A stretch of DNA of 64,000 nt from Octopus sinensis (taxonomy: Eukaryota): the NCBI RefSeq assembly GCF_006345805.1, contig NC_043006.1, forward strand, positions 35,402,001 through 35,466,000, given 5' to 3'. The notes below the pieces were generated by a model. It did not search any database. It was not told the DNA's origin and worked only from the letters and a program-made list of their open reading frames with translations. Below are positions 52,917 through 64,000 of this stretch, in pieces. Position numbers and translations under genes: made by a program. Numbering within the stretch: the stretch's first letter is position 1; every line of letters starts with the position of its first letter.

Positions 52917-52941
52917 AATTTTAGAAATCATATCATTATCA

Positions 52942-52991
<50 letters not shown>

Positions 52992-53072
52992 GTTGTTGTT
53001 GTTGTTATTGTTGTTGTTGTTATTGTTGTTGTTGTTGTTGTTGTTCTTGTTGTTCTTGTTCTTCTTATTATT

Positions 53073-53368
53073 TTAGCATGCTGGACGAAATGCTTAGCGG
53101 TATTTCGTCTGTCGTTACGTTATCAGTTCAAATTCCGCCGAGGTCGACTTTGTCTTTCATCCTTTTGGGGTCGATTAAATAAGTACCAGTTACGCACTGG
53201 GATCGATATAATCGACTTGATCCCTTTGTCTCTCCTTGTTTGTCCTTTCTGTGTTTAGCCCTCTTGTGGGTAGTAAAGAAATAGGTATTTCGTCTGCCGC
53301 TATGTTCTAAGTTCAGATTCCGCCAAGGTCGACTTATACGTCCCGCCAAAAGTACTGGCCTTGCACCA
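53073..53368 (+). mobile_element. SINE family C, second tandem unit
   Basis: Unit followed at about 53284 by a restart at GTATTTCGTCTGCCGCT. Confidence 0.85.
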
Positions 53369-53369
53369 T

Positions 53370-53392
53370 TATTATTATTTTTATTATTATTA

Positions 53393-53435
<43 letters not shown>

Positions 53436-53566
53436 AATTATTATTATCATTATTATTGTTATTGTTGTTGTTTTTATTATTATTATTACTATTATTATTA
53501 TTATTAGTAGTAGTAGTTGTCGTCGTAGTAGTAGTTGTTGTAGTAGTTGTTGTAGTAGTAGTAGTG

Positions 53567-53601
<35 letters not shown>

Positions 53602-53710
53602 CGTAGTAGTAGTAGTTGTTGTAGTAGTTGTTGTAGTAGTAGTAGTGGTAGTAGTAGTAGTAGTAGTAGTAGTAGTTAGTAGTACTAGTAGTAGTATTGT
53701 TATTATTATT
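53370..53710 (+). repeat. Compound (ATT)n/(TAG)n/(TTG)n microsatellite
   Basis: Direct reading. Confidence 0.95.
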
Positions 53711-54177
53711 ATACGTCTTTCTCTTTGGTCCAATTCCTCCGTCTTCCTTCTTCGTTCTATTTCGCTCTTCATGCGGTTCTGCTTTTTGACTTTCTCTTCT
53801 ATTGTTTTCTCTCTTTTTTCTTTTGGACAAAATAGGCAGACAGAGAGTTTTATTGATGACGAAAATAATAAACAGATCGATATTTAGATACACAAGGACA
53901 TGTGTAGGGTAATAGTTCTACACGGTGAGCTAGGGGGAGATGTGGACACCGCCTGGACAGACAAACCGATAGGTAGATTGATTGTGAAATCAGTAAATAG
54001 ATAGGCATGGCAGATAGGTAGGTAGATAGGTAGGTAGGTAGGTAGGTAGTGTAGGCAGGTATGTACGTATGTATGTATGTATGTGTATGTATGTATGTAT
54101 GTATGTATGTATGTATTATGTATGTATGTAGGTAGGTAGGTAGGTAGGTAGGTAGCTAGATACAGGGATAGATAGAC

Positions 54178-54223
<46 letters not shown>

Positions 54224-54792
54224 TTATAAATTTATATATATTATATATATATAATGCGAAGTGTACATAATTTATATACCCACCCTATTGACAAATATAC
54301 GAGTGCATCATTTTCCTGACTTATGGATTTTAGACGACTTACGCATGTTTTTATATATATATATATATATATATAAATTAGAGATTAGGCAAATCAAACA
54401 GGCAAATCAAACAGTGAAAAACATAAACCAAAACATAGAAATAAAATTAATTAATATAATATACAAAATATATAATATATAAAATGCAAAATTAAAATTA
54501 TTTAAATTTAAAGTTAAAAATTTTAAATTATTAATTTATATTTATAAATTTATATATATATATGTGTGTGTGTGTGGTGTGTGTGTGTGTGTGTGTGTAT
54601 ATACATATATATATACATAAATATACATACGTGATGAAGGGTCGTTCTTTATGTTGAATGTTTTGTTTTCCAATTGTGTCTTTAATTGTTCGAAAAAATA
54701 GTTCATATTTCATGTACTCGTACTTCGTATTTTTTGTTGTACACGTTTCGTGACGTCCTATGCCAACATAGTCATACATTATATATATGTAT

Positions 54793-54860
<68 letters not shown>

Positions 54861-54864
54861 TATA

Positions 54865-54960
<96 letters not shown>

Positions 54961-54964
54961 GATA

Positions 54965-55300
54965 TTTATTATAATAATGAGTATAATTAAAATTAGGGTT
55001 AGGCAAAAAATTTTTCTTCACCACACACCGAACTTTAGAAATAGCAGCTAAAGAACCTAGCTATTTTTTCTACTGTTAGAAACAACTCCCAGACAATATA
55101 TACTCAAAAACAATTCACGTAGGCAGCTATTTCTAAAGTTCGGTGTGTGGTGAAACAAATTTTTTGCCTAACTCTAATTATGATTATACTCATAATTATA
55201 ATAAATATTGTTTAAGTTTATCGATAATGGTCTTTTTAACATACCGAATACTACTGGGTGAAATTTTTATTTATTAATTAACTAATTAATTTTACCCTTT
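54965..55300. repeat. Inverted-duplicated copy of the 7515 repeat family
   Basis: Arms about 54965-55048 and 55126-55205, spacer about 78 bp. Confidence 0.85.
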
Positions 55301-55368
55301 ATTATTATTGATTATATATATATTATATATATAGGTGTAAGTTTGTGCATATACGTATTTATATATGC

Positions 55369-55418
<50 letters not shown>

Positions 55419-55724
55419 CTGTGTGTGTGTGTGTGTGTTTAGTAATATACGTAGATAGCTCAACAGATATCAGTCAGGGAGAGAGACAGAGAGATAGATA
55501 TTTTTTTGTAGGTGAATAGATAAGCTGGTAGTTAAGTAGCTAGGTAGATAGGTTAATTGGTGAATAGATAGGTAGGCAGACAAATAGATGGGCTGGCTGG
55601 ATGTATCGGCCGTCGGAATGATAGAGAGAAGTTGATGAATGGATGGATGGAAGGGTAGATAGATGGACAGATAGGCAGACAGGGAGACTGATGGAGAGAA
55701 AGAAAGACTGTGTGTGTGTGTGTG

Positions 55725-55775
<51 letters not shown>

Positions 55776-55982
55776 TGTGTGTGAGTGATAGAAAGAGCTG
55801 CTGAGATACGAATGCCAAGCCGATCTGCGAAAGTAAACAGAACGAGATGCAAGGAAAAGAGGCCTGATAGAAAGATAGAAGAAGGAGCTCATAAACAAAT
55901 TATGTAAGAAAGAACGAGGCAGATACACAGACATCAGAAAGAGAGAGAGAAAGTGAGTAAGCGACAGAAAAGCACAGAGAGG

Positions 55983-56033
<51 letters not shown>

Positions 56034-56207
56034 AGGAAAAAATAGGGATACTGAGAAGAGAAGAATTGGAACTACGTACTAACTGCAGCCAATCGAAAAT
56101 TAGTGACGAAATCAAAGTGGTGGGGCACAGCCTGATGCGCCGTCGTGATAGCGAGGAAGCTAATGGTGTTGCACGCGTGCATATATAAATCTCTCTCTAT
56201 ATATAAA

Positions 56208-56274
<67 letters not shown>

Positions 56275-56903
56275 CATGTATGTTTATGTTCTATATGCGT
56301 TTAATCATACGTGTGAGTTCTGCATAAAAAAAGTTTGTGTACGAATGCAGGTGCCTGTATATGGTGCGTATATTGTATGTGTTGTATGTGTATATATAGA
56401 TATATATATATATATATATAATATATATATATATAATATATATGTATGTATAGAAGATAGATATGTTTCTTTATAGCCACACAGGGCTGCACACAGACAG
56501 GACAATTACAAGGTAGAGCTTTTCTTTTGGGGGTAAAAAAGGGGGTTTGGTTTTCGATCAAAAGGGATCGTAAAGGGAAAGAAAGAGGACAAAAAAGGGG
56601 GGGAATAAAATTTAAAAAAAAAAGATAGATAGATATTTGTATGAGTATGTATACATTCATGTAATGGTCTATGTGTAAGTGTGAATAAAAATAGTGAATG
56701 TGTATAGTTGTTTGCGCGGCATCGTAGGCCGATGAAGGAAACGAAAAATGAAGGTGAAGAGGAGCAAAGGAGGGGAGATGAAAGAGAAGGGCGACGACGG
56801 TGAGAAGAGGGAATAATGAATGAAAAAGGAAGGAAACGGGTTGATATGAAGAGGGATGACTATAGAGCGACGACGACGACGACGATGATGGCTACGATCA
56901 CAG

Positions 56904-56937
<34 letters not shown>

Positions 56938-57075
56938 AATGAGGATAATGATGAGTAAAAGTGGAGAGGAAGGAATTGTAGGAGTGGAAGGGTAGATAGA
57001 GGAGGAGTACTAGAGGAGGGTGGGAAGGTTGGAAACGACGACGATAGTGATGTTGATGATGATGACGATGACGAC

Positions 57076-57123
<48 letters not shown>

Positions 57124-57494
57124 AGGGACGACGGCAAGGTCGCCAACGAAGATTATGATGGTAATGAAGAGACAGTGAAAGAGAGCGTGTAGTTGTAGTA
57201 ATAAACTGTTACTACTATTACTACTACTACTACCTCTACGCCCCCCCCCCCGCCACTATTACTGCTACTACTTCTGCTACTGCTAACAAACCACCAACTA
57301 TTAGCTACTACTTATTAACTCCCTCCCACTCTTCCTCTTCTACTCCCTCCCTCCCTGCCTCTTACTGCCACCATCATCATCACGAGCCACAGCGCTTTCA
57401 CTGCTACCACCACCACCACCTCCTGCTTTGTGCCATAGCCTACGTCATCGTTTCCATTGATCGCCTACTTAGCGTACGTAAAGAAAAAGCGACC

Positions 57495-57719
57495 ATGTTC
57501 CCACAACGGTTGCAGTTCCTTCTATGGAGGCGCCCGGATAAGGAGAAAATAACTATGCCAGCGAATCGGCCAGCCTCACCGGCGAGAAAACCATTGCCGG
57601 CACTCGCCTTGCCAGGGATGTATCTGGTGTATAAGTACAATGAATATAAGAGGCAACGACAAGAACAACATCGACGAAAAGTCACCGAAAGAGAGTTGGA
57701 TCACCTGAATCACAAAATT
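57495..57719 (+). CDS. First coding exon of a host gene (75 aa, phase-0 intron follows); possibly a small invertebrate RING-finger protein
   Basis: GACCATG Kozak-like start; non-repetitive ORF MFPQRLQF...PALALPGMYLVYKYNEYKRQRQEQHRRKVTERELDHLNHKI; GTGAGT donor at 57720. The RING assignment is from recollection of similar invertebrate proteins and is not verifiable here. Confidence 0.8.
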
Positions 57720-58611
57720 GTGAGTAAATATCCTACGGAATATCATGAAAAATATCTACTCATGAAAAAAAAACAAAACAAAAAACAAAAAATGAAATAA
57801 TAATAATAATGATAAAGCTAATAGTAATAATAAATATATATGTATTTGTATACGTTAATATAAATATCATATTATGTATGTAGAAATGCGTGCATATCTG
57901 TCTATAGATCTCCCTGTATGGATATATAAATGCATGACTATATATGAATAAAAACAAACACATACATTCACATATATATATATATTTATATATATATAAG
58001 TATGTATGTATATATATATATGTGTGATTAAGGGCTTATTTGCAGACGGCTATATGCAAACATGTGATTGTATAGATACGTAGATACATATTGTGCAGTG
58101 TCTTGTGTGCAAGAGGGTGCATTCCCCTTACGTTCCTCATCGACTGCATTAATGTGGCTCAGCGCCTGGAAACATGTAGATGCAATATTTAGGAGCTTCT
58201 ATCTGCAACTATGTACGTGTGTGCGCTTGCATGTGTATACGTATACATACATAAATACATGCATACATACATACAAACACACACATACGCACACATATGT
58301 ATATATATATATATATGTATATATATATACATACATATATTTACATATATAAATATAAATATATGCGCGTGTATGTATATATATATATATGCATGTATGT
58401 ATGCATTTATATGCATGTATACGCAGCTGTTTGTGCAGGGAAAATTGTTTACACGTGCGCATGTCAGGGGTGTTTCCGCGTTTTAACTCGCGCATTTTAG
58501 TTTGCGTGTTTATCAACAGCAAATGATTGTGAATAAAGATCTACGTCAGTCTCTGTCTGACGGCATGCATAAATGCATTGAAACAGTACACATAATATAC
58601 ATAGTATACAT

Positions 58612-58681
<70 letters not shown>

Positions 58682-59559
58682 TGTGTGTGTGTTGTGCATA
58701 AATACATACCCATACATGCATGTACAGGTGTGTTGTGCGTGAGTATGTATGTATGTGTATATACTTTATTATTATCAATGCTGCAAAAACATCACAAATA
58801 TGTATGGTGTGTATATGTGTGTGTGTATGTGTGTGTGTGTGTGTGTGTCTGTGTGTGTGTGTGTGTCCGTGTGTGATCGAAAGACCGCAATAGCGCATAA
58901 TTTCGATTAGCTGGTGTTTTTGAGGCTATATGCGGGATGCACGCTTGTTTGTGTTCATAAGCATGTGTTCATAGGCACGTATATGCACCTAGGATAGATG
59001 CCTATGTGAATGCATATATTTTGGTCAGAAATATATAAATTAGAAATATATATATATATACATATATCTGTGTGTGTACATCAATATATATATATATACA
59101 TATCCATATCAACATACATAATTGAGTATATATATGTATATGCCCTTGCATACATGTGTATATAGAGGCACACATGCGCACACATGTACCCGCAAACACG
59201 CCCCCACACACATTGGCACATACACATAAACACACACACATACATTCATGTGTGTGTGTGTATCCATGTAGGTGTGTGAACGTGTCTGTAAGAAGGCTGC
59301 TGTTTTCACGTGTTTCATATTCCTTGAGATCTTACGTAAGGTGTAGATTGGTATGTGTATTTGGTGTATATACATAAATACATTATTCTATGCATGTGCC
59401 CGTTTGAATGCACGTATTCAAATGCACCCACATAGAGGACAGCAAGGAGTGTCGGTTGAACGAGGGCGAAGGAGTTCAGATATATAGAGAGAATACTAAT
59501 GTAGTATACATATATACACACATGTATATGTTTGTGTATCTATATATATACGCATGCAT

Positions 59560-60064
<505 letters not shown>

Positions 60065-60552
60065 CTGTGTTGTATTTAAGCATGTGTGAAAACATACATA
60101 TAAACATACATCTATATATGTGTGTGTGAATGTATTTAAAAGATATATTATATAATATTTAGACATATATATTAATTTGTATGTGATGATATAGGTAAGT
60201 ATGGTAATATGTGTGTGTGTGTGTCTTTGTGTATTTATGTTGTGCAGTTGTATGCGTGCGAGTATGTATGTGTATGTGTGTGCGCACGTCTGTGTGTTTT
60301 ATTGAACAGAGAAATAGCGAAAGCAACTAAAAGGTATTTATAGACAGGTAAATAAGCAGAATTAACAAGAAATTAGATCGATAGTTGGGTAGATAGGTAA
60401 ATAAGTATGATGAAGCATAATTGGGTACATAGCTATCCGTGTTCGTAGTTCGGAACATAAATGAATATATATACATACATATACATACAATACATATATA
60501 TTATATATATATATCTATATATATATATATATATTATATTTATATATATATA

Positions 60553-60584
<32 letters not shown>

Positions 60585-60928
60585 TATCCATTTTTGTGTG
60601 GAAATTTAATTCCCGTCTCCCTTTGAAAACATACAGCGTTTTATCTTATCTTTCTCTTAAATTCTGTGCAACTTTATTTATACGAGATTGATGTAGCTAC
60701 CCACAATCTATCTATCACCAACTTTCGCTTTCTCTTTCTGTCTCTCTCCATTTCGGCGGGTGCGTGCGCGTATGCGCATCTCTAAAGCATGTCCTCTATA
60801 ACATGTATTCAGCTCACTTTTGTCGTCTGTCCGATATGAGTCAGTGTACGTGTATGTGTGCAAATAGGTATATATCTTAATTTATCTCTATGGTATATAT
60901 GTATAGATATATACACTTCATAACATAC

Positions 60929-60973
<45 letters not shown>

Positions 60974-61061
60974 TTTATGATACACACACACAGATAGATA
61001 AGATAAATAGAATAGACCGATAGATAGATAGATAGATAGATAGCTTAGAGAATAGATAGAT

Positions 61062-61092
<31 letters not shown>

Positions 61093-61105
61093 TATAGATA
61101 GATAG

Positions 61106-61156
<51 letters not shown>

Positions 61157-61594
61157 GTCTGTAGCTAGGTAATTAGGTTGACTCATATAAAGTTTGGTTG
61201 TGTCTAATTTAATTAGTTGATAAATTAATATTCAACCAGTCCGCAACATTCCTACCTTTAATAATTTAATTTTTTTATTAGGAAATAGATGAAATTTACA
61301 TTTATACATATAAATACATGCATGTATATATATACATGTGTGTGTTTGTGTGTGCGTGTATGTATATACATATATATATATATTTAGAGTTGAGTACAAT
61401 GTCCTGCAAGATAGCTTTTCCCGCTGCTATAGCACAATATTGCACACCTCCGGGTAGGTGTGCTTATGTGATAGACGCATGTATGTAACATTGGTCCCTA
61501 ACTGCAGGGCACCTAGTAGGCCATGCATGTATGTATGTGTGTCTGTATATGTATATATAATGAGAAAAAAAAAACAAAAGACGAATTCGTCTGT

Positions 61595-61740
61595 GTAAAC
61601 AACAAAGAGATGTATTAGTTTAACGCTCGAGAAGTGAGAAAGTATTTTACGTTTCGAGCCTACGCTCTTCAACAGAAAGGAACAGAAATAAACAGGGAGA
61701 GAAAATAGAAGGTTTAGTGGCTAACGAGATATTTTTTATA
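61595..61740 (-). mobile_element. Short PLE-like element carrying the family 4 hammerhead-like motif
   Basis: Colinear with about 20735-20830; motif CUUU CUGUUGA A GAGC guag GCUC GAAAC GUA / AAAU at 61644-61679. Confidence 0.65.
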
Positions 61741-62022
61741 TATATGTACACAATTCCATACAACTATAACTTACATACCGACACAAAATTCAAGCTCACG
61801 CTCACATACATACACACACAAATAAACATGAAAACCGCATTGAAAGTCTTTGCATAATAAAATAATGCAGATTCTGAAAAACAACCCGACATGAGCCTGC
61901 TTATGGACGCTTGCCGTACTAGAAATAGCAGCAAGAGATTCACTCATGTGAAGTGAACATTGTCTGTATATATATATACTTATACATATACACATATATA
62001 TACATATATATACATATACATA

Positions 62023-62069
<47 letters not shown>

Positions 62070-62086
62070 CATATATATACAGAGAA

Positions 62087-62124
<38 letters not shown>

Positions 62125-62166
62125 AAAGATATATATATATACGTGTGTGTATGAGTGTGCATGTAG

Positions 62167-62202
<36 letters not shown>

Positions 62203-63194
62203 TGCACCGGTGTGCACAAGTAGTGAAAAAGATCCTTTAGTCATCAACAACAATGAGTCAAAAAGAGACAGAATACATGGCCATTTGATCTGCAAGAAAG
62301 AGTAGCTATGTCCCCCTTATAACTTACTACAAAAATCTCAAAAAAGCAAGGCCACATTGAATGTGGGATCTACATGAATCCTGTACTGTGGCACATTCAG
62401 TAGAAAAAAAACATTGTATGTTCCACAGGATCGGATATCTTAGGCTACAAATGTTCGTCAGGAAAGATAACCTGGGACTACGGTAGATTACATCTCAGTC
62501 AACAGTTCTCAAACATTTGGGGACCCCTTCAATTCCTATTTTAGTCGGGTAGAGCCTTATTATAAAGATGTAATGGGTTTTAAGTAAGCCATCATGTTTA
62601 TATGATTGAATATTACAAGGAATTGTATCAAACTATTAAAATATTCCGTGTATTGCAGAAATACAACCAATTTATTGCAAGAAAACCTTATGTGGACCCC
62701 TAATGGCCATATGGGCCAGTAAGGGACGGATGAGAAAAACTAGCCTTTGTAAAAACATTACACACAACAACAAGTACGAATCTCTCTTCTGTTATATACT
62801 CCTAACAGATGAGATAGTCATGGCGGGAATGTCTTTATTTGTAAATCTCCTCGTACAGAAAAAAAATAGAAAAAAGAATAACATCACTATTGCCGCTAAA
62901 AGTACTAAGAATGTACTAGCACCACCACGAGGAATTTCTAGGCGGTCGATGTTTGTGCTAGAACTGGCAGTCAAATGTCTCTCAAGTCACAACTCACTGT
63001 TCAATTTCAGAGAGAGGGAGAGAGAGAGAAAGAAAGAGGAGGAGAAAGAGAAAGCGAAGTTCGACAATATTGTTCCTGATACCTAAGTAGATGCGATGGT
63101 CATGGCTGATATGTCTTTGATCTGTGATCTGCTGGCTAAAAGCTGACCTGGTGTTAACCCCAACTATCACAAGCGTCGTTTCTAACTACTACTA

Positions 63195-63238
<44 letters not shown>

Positions 63239-63317
63239 ATGTTACTATTACTACTGCTGATGATGATGATGATACCACTGCCCTTAAGTCAAATCTTACC
63301 CAAACATCTTAAAAAGT

Positions 63318-63542
63318 AGTATATGTGTGTATGTATATATATATGTATGTATGTATGTATGTGTATATATATATATATGTATGTATGTATGTATGTGTGT
63401 ATATATATATATATGTATGTATATATATATATACATACATATATAGATATATATATATACATACATATATATGTATGTATGTGTGTATATATATATGTAT
63501 GTATGTGTGTGTATATATATATGTATATATATATATATATAT

Positions 63543-63582
<40 letters not shown>

Positions 63583-63620
63583 ATCATACATATATATATA
63601 TATATTATATATATATATAT

Positions 63621-63676
<56 letters not shown>

Positions 63677-63695
63677 GTATGTGTATATATATATG

Positions 63696-63740
<45 letters not shown>
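63318..63740 (+). repeat. (TA)n/(TATG)n compound microsatellite, followed by (GAAT)n to about 63850
   Basis: Direct reading. Confidence 0.95.
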
Positions 63741-63746
<6 letters not shown>

Positions 63747-64000
63747 GTTTAACGGTAGAGGAATGAATAAATAAATGAATGAATGAATGAATGAACGAGA
63801 GAATGAATGAATGAATGAATGAATGAATGAATGAGCTAGCGAATGAATGAGCGAAATGGCTTTTAATGAAACGTAACGAGTGAGGAGAGCATGACTCACT
63901 GACTCACTGATATAATGTGGGTGTGGATCTAACATTGGCTGTTGTTAGCTTATACAACAGGACTGCAGTACGGTGTAGGTGGTAGTTGTGGTTACAGGGG

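Noticed and set aside
62703-63086. 127-aa ORF as possible exon 2 of the 57495 gene
   Set aside because: No recognisable domain, it runs into a GA repeat, and the acceptor-like site near 62808 reads ATG AGA TAG in the required phase.

Overview
AT-rich animal genomic DNA, very rich in microsatellites. The SINE families and repeat load suggest an octopus (inference, no database check). Only one convincing host coding exon was found: 57495-57719 (+), 75 codons ending at a GTGAGT donor. The rest is intergenic or intronic and filled with transposon debris: five R4/Dong-type RLE LINE pieces, RTE, Gypsy, Tc1/mariner and hAT remnants, three abundant tRNA-derived SINE families, and Penelope-like element (PLE) remnants including a GIY-YIG fragment. 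The main hidden signal is RNA-level. At least four unrelated families of minimal type I hammerhead ribozyme (HHR) motifs occur, plus three decayed candidates, and most sit in inverted duplications typical of PLE insertions. One family is a ~265-nt chimera of a tRNA-like Pol III head, a (TAA)n linker, an HHR and a tail. It looks like a SINE mobilised by Penelope-type machinery, and in one copy an R4/Dong LINE has inserted into its TAA linker. All folds and alignments were done by eye. No rRNA, intact tRNA or CRISPR was seen.
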